Translations under genes and position numbers: made by a program
Notes under the pieces: model-generated
The model's database searches: none
Told to the model about the DNA's origin: nothing
The model's input: only the letters and a program-made list of their open reading frames with translations
Assembly (NCBI RefSeq): GCF_006345805.1
Contig: NW_021832231.1
Coordinates: 496,001-560,000, forward strand
Source: Octopus sinensis
Taxonomy: Eukaryota
Length of the DNA stretch: 64,000 bases
Reading direction: 5' to 3'
Shown: positions 24,287 through 38,840 of the stretch, piece by piece
How the letters are laid out: the number at the start of each line of letters is the position of its first letter
Numbering within the stretch: the first letter of the stretch is position 1

Positions 24287-26480
24287 TTAATTAGGACTTT
24301 CAATCCTGATGGTAGTCTCTCTTCTCCTTTTAGGAGAAGAGTCTGCTGCTTGTTCCTCTTCATTCTCTATCTCTGCGTCAGTTGTTGTGCGTCTTTTATC
24401 TTTGAATGGAGTGTCCTGGTGGGATGCCATTTCTACTAGTTGATCGGTCGCAGAGGCATATTCCTCGCCAGTTATCTTCATTCCATGCTTGTGTTCAATT
24501 ATCATGCTCTCTAGCGTCCTTTTGAGCACAACCGATTGGATGTATGTCATTGTAGATTTTTCAATATATAGTTTATCCATATAATTTTTGAAGCATCTTG
24601 TGGACAACACCATCCCGGGTCAGAACCACGGGAATAATTTTAACTTGGCATTCGTAGAGTAGTGATAGTTCATTTGCAAGGAAATCATATTTGTGAAGTT
24701 TCTCAACTTCCACTTGTTTTAAGCGGTCCTGAGATGTTATGCCCACCTCGATTAAGGTTATTTCCTTTTTAATCTTGTCATAAACAAAGATACCGGTTTA
24801 TTGAAGTTGACTTTATTTTCTGTTATAATTGACGTGTCAACTCTAATTTCTACATTTTGAGTTGACAATATCGACTGAACTGAATGAGCTTTAATTCCTG
24901 TTCTTTTTGATTCCATACATTCGACAAATATGAAGATGGACACATTTAACCACCTCGTCATGTCTTCGGAGGTATCGCTATTGAGCATTTTACCACACTG
25001 AGTGGCAAGATGATCAACAGTTTGTTTACTTTTTTTACAGTGATTGCATAACGGCCTCGTGTTTGCAAAAAAACAAATTTCTATCTTGCAGAAAAATAAA
25101 TGGTGAAAATAATTTGTTTAAATGATCACGAAACAATGAATATCATTGTGATCGGATTCAATCTCAGTTTCACTTTGATAGAAAATGAAGATGGAACCGA
25201 AAAAAACGTTTTTTACTCTCAAATTAAAAAATTTAAAAAATTGTTTTGAAATTATTTTAATAAATCCCTGTACAAATTGAAAAATAGTAGATTGAAAGTA
25301 TGTTGAGATAGTATCTGTATCAAAAATGCCGCGGCAAAAAAAAAAAAAAAAAAAAAAAAATAGTTACCGGCAGACAACAATTAAATGACATTTGAAGGTT
25401 AAAATGCAAGGCCAAATTGTTACACGTCTGGCGCCCGTTTCAGTTATGGCGCGTGACAATAATTATATAGGGACAATGCATATTCATTTATGGCATAGAA
25501 TAAGTTCACCGAATTCAACTTTGTTTTTGACAACATAGTTATTCTTTTTTTACATTCTCCATTATTGAATTCATAACTTTATTCTTGAGGACATTACTTC
25601 CTCCATCTTCAAATACGCCCAAATAGCGATATCCATTGATTCCTTCCAAAGTCTCACAGCATGATAAAGATTTGACATTAGAGGCCGATTTTTCAGAGTT
25701 CATCTCCAGGCCAACAATGTCAAAAAATTCTTTAACAGCTTCCATCATTTAATAACAGTGTCCTCTTTAAGAGCAAATATCTTTAGATCGTCAATAAAAA
25801 ATAGGTGATTGGTAGAATATGTCAACATATTTAGATCCTCCTGATTAATTGCAATTTGGGAAATTTAGAGTTCAGGATCCTGCTTAGGGGATCCATTACC
25901 ATAACAAATAGCAATGGGGATAATGAATCTCCTTGCAAAATTCCTCGGGTTAGCTTTACTGAACCAATTTTTCTTCCATCAAGATGTAGATTTACTTTCC
26001 ACTCTTGACTATACTTTTCACAAAGTTAATAATCCAGAGTGGAATTCCAGAGCTGTCCAATATGTGGAATAAAAATTGGTGATCAACCGAGTCAAAGGCT
26101 TTCTTTACATCCACCCAAGAAGAGTACAGACTGTTTCCATATTCCTTGTTCAAGCATTGGTTAATAAGTGCTTGCTCTTTCGCACCCTGACATTGCTTTC
26201 TGGTTCCGAGTTGATTGTCTGAAATCAGCCCAATCCATCCACAAAGTCACAGAGTTTAACATTTACACACTTCGTTACAAGCTTGTACAAAGTTGGCATA
26301 CACGTTATAGGACGTAAATCCTTTGGATTCTAACAATCATCCTTTTTTGGAATCAAGTAAGTTAATCCCGTGTAAAACCAACTCTCGGGCATGTACTCAC
26401 CTTGATTATCCTGATTACTTCATTACACAAGAATTCATGTAATGATTCCATTTTCTTGATGAAAAAGTTATATGTTCCTA
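24287..26480 (-). mobile_element. R4/Dong-like non-LTR retrotransposon, decayed, internally deleted and interrupted
   Basis: LRPITCMPTLYK, NQLGTRKQCQGAKEQALIN, DVRKAFDSVDH, GILQGDSLSPLLF, HLFFIDDLKIF, YRYLG, CNHC..TVDHLATQC, C-terminal RLE region. Foreign insert ~25100-25458. Confidence 0.9.
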
Positions 26481-26661
26481 TAAAAAAATGTATTTTTAAT
26501 ATTTTAATATTTTTGCTGAGTTGACTTTATTGATTTTTCCCTAGTTATTAATATAATTTTTTTAAAATGACACTTTTCTTACAGAATTGATAAATAAATA
26601 AACTTTTATTTTAAAAATAAAACATGAAAATTTGATAAATTAAATGTTAAATTAATAAGAA

Positions 26662-28995
26662 TTAGAACCCATCAGCTTCTAAATATAAACTTTTTCTTTT
26701 TTCTTGAAGCCAGAAAAGCATTTCTTTTTTGTCATATTTCATTTTTTCCGAATATAAGCAATTCTAATAATTTTAATACCAGCTCAATACTCTGTAAAAA
26801 ACATCTATGTCACGTTCTTGTTTTATTTTGTCCGTCAATTGTTTAATTTTGTTATCGAAAAATTCAATTCTCTTAAGAAATAAATTACGTTTCAGTTCTT
26901 CTTTCTTTCTCAAATCCCACGATCCTATTTACGTAATATTTGAGAGCTGAATATTTCACCGGGTTGAAAGAACCTTCCAGGATCCGAGGCTTCCCACTCA
27001 AACAATGTCATAGCACTGAGTTGAGCTTCTCTCTGATATATTGCACGCACTACCAATTCCATGTCATACAAAAACTGTCTTATTTTAGTACTTCTACAAT
27101 TGTAAGCTGTTCATTTGGAGTCTTTCCCAATTTTAAAAGTATTTCTTGAACTTTGTAATTTGGGATTTTTAGAGCAGACATTATTTCGTCAAGTCGAATC
27201 TGGACAATTTCTCTCTGTGTTATGAACATTTTGAAATTATACAATTTGTGGGGAAGGGTCATCTGGGAGTTCAAATAAATCTTTTTTAGAATTATCCATT
27301 GGAACTGTGATCGTATTTAATATTTTATTTTTATGACTCAAATTTGATTTTTTTGTACCATTTAAATCTAAATTCTTATTTGTTGTATCATTTTCAGAAC
27401 GCGAGAGACACTTATAATTCAATTAAAATTACAAACTTTCAAATCATCTTTAATCGAGTCTCTAAAATATACATTTTTGTGTTAAAATGTGATTAAAAAA
27501 TGATCAAATACCTTGTTTCTGTATTATTACTTTCTGTCTCTAATTCTTGCATATCAGTTTCATTAAGAGATGTTGGAGCCTTATATAGAAAATCCTGCAA
27601 ATAATTATTTAGAAATAGACTTGTTCCAATGAGAGATAACTTGACGTGAGACAGTGAGAAATGCTTCGATATACGATGCTTTGTTGTTGACTGTAGACTT
27701 GTTCATTGGAAAGAATGTCAATCAAATGTCTATTTAACTACAATGTTAACGACATAAGTTTACTTTTTTGAGAAGTGCCTGATTTAAGAAAGAAGCTTCA
27801 GGAAATGGTAAACATGGTTCTAACAATTTCGAGTCAAATATGTAATTGTAGTCAAATTTGTGATTAAACTTTGGTATTAAACACTACCAAACGTTTTTAT
27901 CTTTTATATAAAATTTTGTGGTTCTAAAATTGTGCTTTTCATTCTTATCTTGTCTTTATTGTTATTAAATTAAATAATACTTTATTTCTCCATTATCTTT
28001 TTCTAAAACAAGATTTTCTTGGCAGTTACGGGGATCTTGAGTTGATGAATACTTTAAAATAGTTTTTATTGTTTTTACACTTAAAATTGGGCATAGTTCA
28101 TCCGTATTATAAAGTATATTTTCTGTTTCTTTTTTAGGCTGCAAAATCGGAATGGTTTGTGACGTGAAATGATCTTGGTAATCAAAAACATCATTTTCTA
28201 TTTCGCTCATAAACTTTTGAGTTTTTTTAAAATTATTTTCATTTTTCGTACTAACATCGTCGATATGATCTAAACAAATTTGTTCAATATTGTCATTATG
28301 GCATGGTTTTGTAAATTCGTCCAAGTTTGTTTTGTTCACAATGAAAAGATATATTTTATAGGGTATTGATCTAATAAAATTATAGTAGGAATTAAAAACC
28401 TCAACATTAAATTGCCAAGTGTCTGGGTTTTTAATCTTTCTATATTGCTTTGATGGTCAAATGCTTCTCTTTTATCGTAGACTTTAAAATTAGTCGTACG
28501 ATACAACTTGTAAGCAAACGATTAAATTTTTTTGCTTCGTTTTTAATTATATTTGTGAAAAATGTTTCTATTTTTTCGAATATTATTTTGTCAGGTACAA
28601 ATGTCTAATTAAAAAAGTATTTTAGTTACCGTAATGCCACCGAATTCAATCCAAAATTTATTCAAAGTGACGGATAAATTGAGCAAGACATCATCAATCT
28701 AATTTGGTATTAATTTAATTTCATACAATTTTTGAAAATTCATTTCTTTCATATATAAATTTATATTTAATTTTTTCAAACATTATTTTACAATTCGAAT
28801 CACGATTTAAAATCTAATGTCAACAAAGAAATTACTTTCTCCTTCATCGTGGAATTTATTTCTGTCTCTTAAAAATTATTTAATTCTATAACTTGGTTTT
28901 AGTATCTCCAAAGTATTTTCATTGGCAGTTTTCTTAAAATATACTTTATTCTCTTTAAAATCAATCAGTTTGTTAGTCATATGTGTTTGTTGCAT
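26662..28995 (-). CDS. CCDC87: CCDC87-like coiled-coil protein (multi-exon; 5' end uncertain)
   Basis: C-terminal FEWEASDPGRFF and KMKYDKKEMLFWLQEKRK match the CCDC87 C-terminal signature. Confidence 0.65.
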
Positions 28996-29416
28996 CCAAT
29001 TTGTAGTCAAAAAGCTGTATCCATGGAATTAGATTACAATTAAAATGACTTTTTTAATTGAAAATTCGTGAAACTAAAATTTGAATAAGATAAGCCAAAT
29101 AAAAGAAAGAAAATTTATAAATAAGTTAAGTCTCTTTTCGAAAATAGTTCGTTTCTCAACAGCCACAAGATAGCACTCGATTCAATGCGCCATATTGAAT
29201 TCTCTTTTTAGTCTTAATCGAATATTTCAAGTTTGTTGCATTAGCTCAGTATCAATCTAACAATATTTCCCAAAACTATCAGATATAATATTCTGAACAG
29301 ATTGGTTAATAATCTATTACTTTTTCATTTCAATACGCCTCAAATGATTTATCAATAAAGACAAATTAATAAGTGTCAATCATGTTAAATATCGGTTAGT
29401 AAAACAGTAATTTTCA

Positions 29417-32303
29417 TTATTGAGGTGACGATTTAAGAGGTTCTTGTGGAGGAGGTAATTTGTCCTTGGATATTGCTACTTTCCAAATATCTGAACCATA
29501 TTCGGATACAGAACGATCACTAGAAAAATAGCCAGCAGACACAATGTTCTTAAAACACATTTGACTCCATAGATTTGGATTCTACAAATATGTGACAATT
29601 AACACCAAATAAGCTTCCTCGACAAGTAACTGTTTGTGAATATAATCCTCATAGTCTGCCATAACCATAAAGCGGTCATGATTGATAATATTGTGATATA
29701 TTTCATGAAATAGACCAGGTTCGTCCCTACTAAAATAGCCATCCCTGATCTGGTTAAAGCACTCTCTCAATTGTGCATTCTTGTCGTAGTAAGACCAGGG
29801 ATTATATCTAAGAATATTATCATTAATATCAACCCAGAAGAGTATTTCTCCTTAACTTGTTGAACGGTCATTCCAAATATAAATATGTTATCCATTCCCA
29901 CCTGTTCTGCCATCTCTACATTGGCCCCATCCAACGTTCCCAACGTAACAGCTCCATTCAGCTACCAACTAACCATCAGTCACTACCATAAACTTCATAT
30001 TCCCAGTCCCCGATGCTTCAGTCCCTGCCAGGGAAATTTGTTCACTCAAATCAGCCGCAGGAACAATCTTCTCTGCCAAAGACACTTTATAGTCCGGTAA
30101 AAAGAACACTCGCAGATCGTTATTAGTGTCCGGATCATTATTCACCACGTCCGCCACATTACAAATTAGTTTTATTATCAGTTTGGCTATTTTGTAACCA
30201 GGAGCGGCCTTCCCCCCAATTATGACAGTCCTGGGGACAACAGTGTAGTCCTCAATGCCAGCCTTTACTCGTTTAAGGCGGTTATAAAGTGTGATTATGT
30301 GGAGACAGTTTAGGAGTTGCCGTTTGTACTCGTGGATTCGTTTAACCTGAACGTCGAATAGACTCGAAGGATCAATCGGAAATCCAAATGTCTTTTCCAC
30401 ATAGGAAGCAAACTTTCTTTTATTATTCTACAATACAAACAGACATCCCCACTTGCTTGATGGTATACAGTTCCCCCAAGACAAGTCGGTCACTCACTAA
30501 TGGCATCAATTTTTTAAGTTCGCGCAAATCTGTGATAAAGTCACTTCCAATGTGCTAAAATAATGTTTTTGTAGTACAGAATGGATGAAATCCGTCAAAG
30601 TCGGATTACAATAAACAAGCCACCGTCTTGGAGTGATTCCATTGGTCTTATTTTGAAACTTGCCTGGACTCATTTTATAAAAGTCGGGAAATCTAAAGAA
30701 TGTGACATAATTAAGCATACACATCAGTTTTAATAAGCTCGGAGTGAAGTTTAGCAACACCGTTGACAGCATGCGAGCCAACAATACATAGAAAGGCCAT
30801 ATTTACTCGTTTATTGCAATCTTCCTCAATCAAACTCATTCTCCGCATAATTTCTAAATCTTCCGGCCACAATTTGGAGACAGACTAACAAAATAAAAAA
30901 CAGCAAACTTGTAGATGAATGTGGTTGATCTTGTAAATAATCTGCAATATTCTGGGGAGTAAATGGTCCAGCATTGAGACATTCCACCTCTCTAGTGCCT
31001 CAGGAAGCACAGTGTGATTGGTGTAGCTGAATGTCCTGGTACAAATACTCCACGCATATTCCCAATCAAGTCCTTCAACGTCCACAAGCAGTCTCATCAA
31101 TTCAGGCACAGCCAAAGAAGGATGTGTATCATTCAATTGGATTGCCACCTACTTTCACATGGGGACATACCTTCTCAGGAAATTGATCAAACGAATTTCT
31201 AGGGACTTTGGATGCCTTATATCTCCTAATGATATCCTTCAGAGTCGCAGCCACCAAAAAATATTCCTGCTTCAAACGGAGTTCCTTCCCTTCAAATCTC
31301 TGCAAGTACAACAGCAAGAACTACGTCGTCGTTCGGGTAGAGAACTCTCGTGATACTCTCAGCTAAATTGGTGTCAATCATCGCCTGTACATAATCCCCA
31401 GTGTTGACTAAAAAGTGATAAAATATGACTAACAGCACTCTAACAAAAACCCTGCGGATGGTTTGGCAGCCCACAGACGCATAGTAATGACGTGATTATT
31501 ACCATATCCTGGGACAGGTGTGTCATATGGCATTGCATATACAACCTATAATTGTATAAATTGGCGACTTGAGTGTCAATCCACTCAGTCCGTCCATTGA
31601 TCAGGTCAGTTCTCCCATAAAAGTGTACTGGGATGATATATTCATGTCTGCACTTCTCCCACGGATTGCTATATTTGAGCCAATTGTCAGCCTCTTCTCT
31701 CTACAATGGTTAACCAACGAGACTTGATATCCATCGAATATTCGTTGGGTGAATATTCCATAATCATAACGAAGGCCATATCCCATGGCCGCCATCCCCA
31801 ATGTGGCCATTGAATCGAGATAACAGGCTGCTAATCTCCCCAATCCTCCATTTCCAAGACCAGCATCTGGTTCCATTTCCTCCAACTCTTCCATATCGAG
31901 TCCAAGCTAATGATTAGTATAAAATTGATTACTTGATATATCGCTTCTTCGCACTGACCATCAATGCCAACATTAATCATCGAATTAGTCAATAATCGGC
32001 CAACGTAGAACTCCATGGACAAATAATAGACTCTCTAAAGAACTGAGAATTGGAGAAAACCTTTGGATCTCTGTCATGGTGATATTGATGGGATCGGATC
32101 CACCTGGAGGCCATTTTATCACTCACTGTATGTGCCAATGAGAAATAGTAGTCTCGTTTGGTGGCAACATTACGGTCCTTGCAGCGAGAGTAGTGCAAAT
32201 GACGGTTAAAGCTCTGCTTTATGTCTTTTACATCGTCGGCAACAGGAATGTGTCTCACACTAATCTGTTTCCTTCGTTCGCTGTCAGAAATGGGGGTAGT
32301 CAT
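29417..32303 (-). CDS. PYG: Glycogen phosphorylase
   Basis: [75 protein letters not shown]. Many introns of 22-30 nt. Confidence 0.97.
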
Positions 32304-33129
32304 TTAACTTAAATATAAAACCATTGATTAAATATAACAACCAAAAAGACGCAGCTAAATCAATTCTAATTTATTCATGTTATTTGATGTAAAATTATTA
32401 CATTAAACAAATTATTTAAATTAACAAATAAAATATCCAATAATTAAAATTTATTTCCATTTTGTGGCAACTAAACCGTTAACATGTCAAGTCCCGACAT
32501 ACCTTTTCTTCGTACTGCAAGCTGATTTAGACAAGTCACCTGACACTTTCAGTTCTTTCTTCTAGCAATTATTTCGATTATTAGCCATTTCTGTGTTCAA
32601 CAAGCATGTTCTCAATTAGTATCCCTAATTATCAAACTTGATTAGATAATTTTGCTTATTTCTCACAAAAGCAGAGTGTTGTTAATAATACAGTAAAACC
32701 ACTGTTACTCGCTAAAAATCAACAACAACTAATTTTTTCTAAAAAATATCGACAAATATTCTTAACCGATATTTGTAAATTTTTTTGTAAGAAAATATTT
32801 TTTATTTGAAGTATTTTTAGGCCGGCTCTTCTAAAATGTTATTCGCAGCTCAAGTGGAGTTGAATATTTAAAGTTTAAATTTAAATTTTAAACAACACTG
32901 TTTACAGTCATTGAGGTTTAAAAAATTTTTTTATATAAATATTATTTAATAGTGGAAAACCTCGTATTATTGTATGCATGAGGAAAAATAAAAGTCTATC
33001 GATGTCTAAATCGACTATTATAATATGTCACATGCCTCAGGGATTACTATGCCCCACTCGTTACCTCCGAATTATTTCTGAGAAATAATTGATTAATGAT
33101 TTTTCAATTTTTTAGAAAAATTAATAATC

Positions 33130-35990
33130 ATCAACAACGACGAACGAACGAAGAATTTTATTGTAAGAAAGAAGAGCGAGACAGAAAATTAGTGCGGAAA
33201 GTAATTTTGACGAGACGATTGCTTTGGGCATTCGAGCTCTTCCATGGTTCGTCCGCTTTGTCTGTCTATGAGCAGGGACACCTGCTATTCTCCACGATCG
33301 ATGAATAGGTCAGTTACTTTAGAGCGTTTCCGAAAAGTTCGGATAGAAGCCTCGATGGCCTGCCGTAGCTCTGGAGACTTGCTCTCCGCCCAGCTTGGGA
33401 CAGGCTCCCATGGATTTAGCATATAGGCTAGTTTTAGAGCGTATCTCCGTATTTTTTCGCATTTTCGCAGAATTTTCTCATATTGTTTCGAGTAGAACCA
33501 AGCTTCCATACCATACAGTAGGCTGGGCAAGATTGTTGCATGGTATACAAATAGGAAGGTATTTGGATTCAAGTGCATGCTTCTTAGGAGTCGGAGAGCG
33601 GCGATGGCTTTCCCTTTTCTCCGTTTGAAATGCAAATGGTATCTCGAGTTTGCGTCGATTGTGAGCCCCAGGTAACGTATGCTCTCAGGGCGAGCAATTT
33701 CCACCAAAGAGCCGGGTTTGCGATCTTGCGACTTTCTTGGGTTAATTTGGAGATATGCAGATTTGTCCATGGCCAGCGAGAGTCGCTTACCAATGCACCA
33801 ATTCTTTATCTCCTCAATGTAGCCGGCAAGTCGTTTCTCTCGAGGCATTGGTGTCCATCGAGGTGTCCAGAACGAGAACATCGTCCGCGTAGAGGAGTAG
33901 GGATGTCCTGGGATCGGAGGGTGTGGGGAAACTGCTCATTACCAAATTGAAAAAGATTGGGCTGAGACAGGACCCCTGCGGAACCCCCCTTCGGAGCGAA
34001 ATATATCTTGAGAAGAAGCCCGACTCAGAGATAAAAGAGTAGCGATTTGAGAGGAAGCAGCGCATCCAGAGGAAGACTTCCGCTGTTGGCTCACAGAGTT
34101 CGATCCTTTCCAGGAGGTCTCTGTGCCAGACGCTGTCAAAAGCCTTTGAGATGTCCAGACATACAAGAGATAAAGTTTCTTTAAACTCCGTTGCTCTCGA
34201 GATGGTGGACTGTACCGTAATGAAACAGTCACCGCAGCTACGTCCAGAGCGAAAACCCCATTGCTGCGGGAGCAGCACTTTCTTCTCTTCGGCGTGGAAG
34301 TCGAGGCGCTTGGCCATAATTTTCTCCATCAGCCTTGAGATAGTTGGGATTAGGCTTATGGGACGGTAGCTGCTAGCGAGATTCACCGGTTTCGCAGCAG
34401 GCTTTTTGATCATCCGGACCTCTGAGATTTTCCATTTTTCCGGCACATGGCCCCATTTGAGACTTGCCGTAAACAGATCCGCGAGGAACACATGTAGGTC
34501 TTCGGGTGCTTCCTTAAACAATCGCATCGGTATTTTGTCATGGCCCGGTGCGTTGCCTTTTGACGAACGGATGGCCCAGGTCACCTCTGCAATGGTGATC
34601 GGGTGATGGTCCGGCGACAGTGGGCGCGGCAGTGGCTCCGACTCCCGGTTTTGCGACGTTTCCGGATTGGCCTCCTGGATAGTGGCCAGGTGTTCTGCAA
34701 ATATGTTTGGCATCTCTTGTGGCGAGGCGGGCATACCAGACTGGTTGCACAACCTCGGGGGTGAGGATTTTCCTTCGAGGTTAGCCACTTTGTGGAAACA
34801 GTCCCAGAAATTTGGGTTTCTGTAGTCCAGGTTTTGACAAGCCTTCTGCCATTTCCTGGCTGCTTCCAGCTTTGTCGCGACGTGGACCTTATAACCAATT
34901 TCCGAGATCATGTTCCTAAGTCTTCCCCTGTCAGCTGGGTCCACACAGCGTTTGAGTTTATTTCTCAGCCGCTTCCTTTCGTTGAGGATGATCTTCACTT
35001 TCACGCTCAGAGTGGTCCTCCGTGCGCGGTCTGCACTTGACAATTCTCCGTACGACGTTAGATACTGAAGCATGAATTTGCTTAGCTTATCGCTTGCGGA
35101 GTCGATGTCGAGGGCTGAGTTATACCCAACAGGGCGACCGTTGTCGTGCAGGAATGCACTTATGGAGCTCCTGTAGTGTGGCCAGTTGATCTTTGAGAGA
35201 TTGTAGTGAGAGGAAATGTGTTCTTGTCTAACAATGCTAGTGTGAATTTTGATCTCCATTGGTAGGTGGTCACTTCCGATATCGTCAAGGACTGTAGGCT
35301 TTTCCATAAGGTTAGCGACAGAGTGAGAACAGATGCACAGGCACAGGTTGTCCCCGCCAAAGGGCGAGTGGTGGTTCGGGTCTTCGGATGTCCTGACGAA
35401 AACACCAAGCTTGTCAGTGACCTTCTTCAGTGTTCGACCATCTTGGTTGGTTAACCGACATCCAAACGCCGTGTGCTTCGAGTTTAAGTCTCCGATAAGA
35501 AGGCAATGAGCTGTGCTTGAGAAGAATTCGTCAATCAATCTGATGCAGGGGGGAGATATTTGCAATATATTCCACCGACCTTTATCCAAAAGGAATCAGT
35601 TTTCACCTCAAGAGAGAGGAATTCGCACACCGTGCTCTCGATGATGGTGAGGTTACGGATTTGGAGGTTTTCGGCGTAGAAGATGCTCGAGCCAGTCCCT
35701 GGCGTAGAGCAGCTTCCCCCCATTTTAGGTCCACTGACCGGTAGCCCGGAAGTTCGTACGAGTGGTTTTCTTTGAGCTTAGACTCGTTGACGACAATAAT
35801 GTCTGGATGGCCGCTGTTTACCATCTCAACGAAGTCCTGGTGCCGTCTCTTGATAGATCGGGCATTCACAGCGATGATTTTGACTGGGGCTATGTTGCTG
35901 GCGTGCTCCCCTCTAATAGGAGCCGTTGCAGCACCTCAGGTTCCACACCAAGTTTGGTTAGAGCTCCCACACAACGATGAAAGAATTCCA
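33130..35990 (-). mobile_element. Jockey/I-like LINE ORF2 (AP endonuclease plus RT), frameshifted
   Basis: NARS, VNESKL, GDLNSKH, GSDHLP, YRPISL, QWGFR, DISKAFDSVWH, GVPQGS, YADD, YLG; short (TTCG)n 3' tail near 33135. Confidence 0.92.
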
Positions 35991-36265
35991 TAAGGGAGTC
36001 TCTGTTGCTTTAAAACAAATAAATTAAAATAATATTTTCTACAACAAACCATTTTGACTGATAAGCACATTAAAACATATTTTAAAAATGTGAATGTGTG
36101 AAACGCTTTAAAGGCACATAATTGATAGTTTTATAATTAACTCTAACCAGTTTTAGTTTTATTAAAACATTTTTTGAAATGTAAAAAGATAAAGGTTTAA
36201 AATCATCTGTAGATCTCTTATAAAAAACTCAAACTTATCCAGTTTTTTAGTTTAAAATCATATAT

Positions 36266-36580
36266 ACACTCCTCGCCAAAAAAATGATTCAAATTCTATT
36301 TGTTTTTCTTTGAAAATCTTATAAATATTCTAATTTCAAAAAACTTAGTAGATTAGTTTGTAATATTATGATTTAATTTTAATAAAATATTTGCTAATTA
36401 CATTAATTTGGAAAAATTAAAAGCACAACACACAATATGTTAGTATATGTCAGTGACAAAAAAAATGATTCAAAATTAAAAACTTTGTAATTAATATCTG
36501 GTATTTCCTCCTTTTGCCATAAAAATATCCCAACAACGTTTTTTCATAGATAAAACAAGTTTTTCAATATAATTTAGGAA
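36266..36580 (-). mobile_element. Tc1-like transposon 3' end
   Basis: TA-CACTCC terminus, repeated AAAAAAATGATTCAAA motif, transposase C-terminus KLVLSMKKRC...AKGGNTRY. Confidence 0.75.
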
Positions 36581-38714
36581 TCTGAGGGACCTTATATCTC
36601 CTTTGACTGCCGACTCGGGCCGTGCTCTCCTGGATTCGATCAATCGGCTTTGCTCTCGAATTGTCACGGGCGCCATCCCTGCTGTTGCGAGGGATCTCCT
36701 ATTTTCGGCCAATCTAACAGCTCTCCGTAAGAGTGATGGCGGTTTACGGCCAATTGCAGTTGGTAATGTCTTCAGACGCCTTGCTGCCAAAATAATGTCA
36801 CGTCGTGTTATTCCGCAATTGTGTCGGGAATTCTTGCCATTCCAGTTCGGCGTTGGTGTTAAAGGGGCCTGTGAAGCACTAGCTCACGCCTCTCGCCAGG
36901 TGACTATTTCGAAACCGAAGAATGTACCCTTCTTGCTTAAGCTCGATGTCAAGAATGCTTTTAATAGTGTCAGAAGAGACCACATGCTTGAGGCTGTTGG
37001 TGAACGTTGCCCTGATCTTCTCCCATTGTATCCTTGGCCTATTCCTTGCCGAGCAGCTTACTTTTTTCCGGAAAAGTTATCAACTCTGAGTGTGGAATCC
37101 AACAGGGCGACCCCCTCGGTCCTCTACTATTCGCTGTCTGTGTTGATCACGTTGCACGTGGCATTTCTCTTTCCCTATCAATTTTTGGTATTTGGATGAC
37201 GTCACTCTTGGTGGGCCTTTAGAAGTCATTATGGACGACGCCTCGAAGATATATCTGAATTTTTGAAGATTGGCCTTTCTCTAAATGGTGCAAAATGTGA
37301 ACTAATCGGACTTACGGAGCCGCTAACCCAACAGAGTGAGGTTTTTATGGCCCTTTCGGAGAAAATTGACGGCCTTCGTATAACCGCTCTCGCGGATCTT
37401 GTGATTCTGGGTTCACCGATTTCTGATAAGGGAATTGCGAAGGCTATCGTTTCACAACGAGATAAGATTGCTCCTCTCTGCGACCGATTACGACTGTTTG
37501 GCTCCCATCTGGGGCTGTTTTTGCTGAAAAACTTTCTTTTTATCCCCCGTTTAACCTTTTTGCTCCGAACGTCTCTTTTTTTTTTCGCTCACGTCAAGAA
37601 CTTTTGATTTGGATGACGCGGTTACATCATCATTACAGTTACTACTGAACATTTTGTTCACTGACGTGGGACGTACACGTGCCGCACTTCCACTCCGCTT
37701 GGTGGCCTTGGGGTTCGTTCTTGTGCAGATCTTGCTTTGCCTTGTTATCTCTCGTCGATGTCTGCTTCCGGCAATTTCGTTCGCTCTGTTCTTATCAACT
37801 CACTCGAACTTGATGAGCTTACGGAATACCCTGTTGCTGTTCTCGCCTGGAGATCGCTCGGACTTGGCCTTCCGGAGATTCCTTCAATACAGAAGAGTTG
37901 GGATGTCATCCGGTGCACCACACCTGTTGGAGAGTCTTCGCACGCGAGTCGACCAGTTGGAACTGGCTTCTTTGAACTGTGCCTGTCAGCCTCACTCTGG
38001 AGACTGGCTAAACGCACTTCCGTTGGCGTCCAATGGTCTGCTTATGGAAGACGAAACTATACGTATCGGAGTGTGTCTTCGACTTGGACTTGAAATCTGC
38101 CACCTCACCGTTGTCGCTGTGGTTTTTTGATTCCTTCGAACGGTTTACACGCATTGTCCTGTAGAGGAGTGCTGGCCGATTTCCCCGCCACGTCCTCCTC
38201 AATGAGAGTGTGAAAAGGGCTTTGGATTCTGCGGGATTCCCATCGACCCTTGAACCTATTGGGCTCTGCCGCAGTGACGGAAAGCGTCCTGACGGGATGA
38301 CTATATTCCCTTTAGAGGAGGAAGGTCTCTTGTTTGGGATGTAACTTGCGTCGACTCCTTTTCAGATACTGTGCTCACAGGAACAGCCAGTACACCAGGC
38401 TACGCATGTGCGCTGGCAGAAGAAAGGAAGTTGACGAAGTACGCTGTGCTTCCGAACGTCGTTGAGTTTGTCCCCCTAGCCTTTGAGACCTCCGGTGTGG
38501 TTGGAAAGAAGGTAGAAAATCTGTTACGGGTTGTGGGAGGAAGAATCTCACAGAATACAAATGACCGGAGGGAGACGAGCTGGCTTTTCCAGCGCATCTC
38601 GGTTGCAATTCTTCGCGGGAACTGCCTCTCTATCTGCAGTGCATCGTCGTCGGACTAACCCTCAGTTCACGACATTAATTCTCTTTTAATTAATATTCAC
38701 AATTAATAAAATTA

Positions 38715-38754
<40 letters not shown>
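36581..38754 (+). mobile_element. CRE-like retrotransposon, 5'-truncated, with poly(A) tail
   Basis: RT motifs GGLRPIAVG..FRRL, QFGVG, LDVKNAFNSV, GIQQGDPLGPLLF, WYLDD; RLE domain; AATAAA 38705 and A35 at 38720-38754. Several frameshifts. Confidence 0.93.
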
Positions 38755-38755
<1 letters not shown>

Positions 38756-38840
38756 GAAAAATTAATTTGTCCTTTTTGATTCTTTTCATGTGAACAATCT
38801 TTGTATCTCCATTCGAAAATTCTACTTTAAATTTTTTCAA

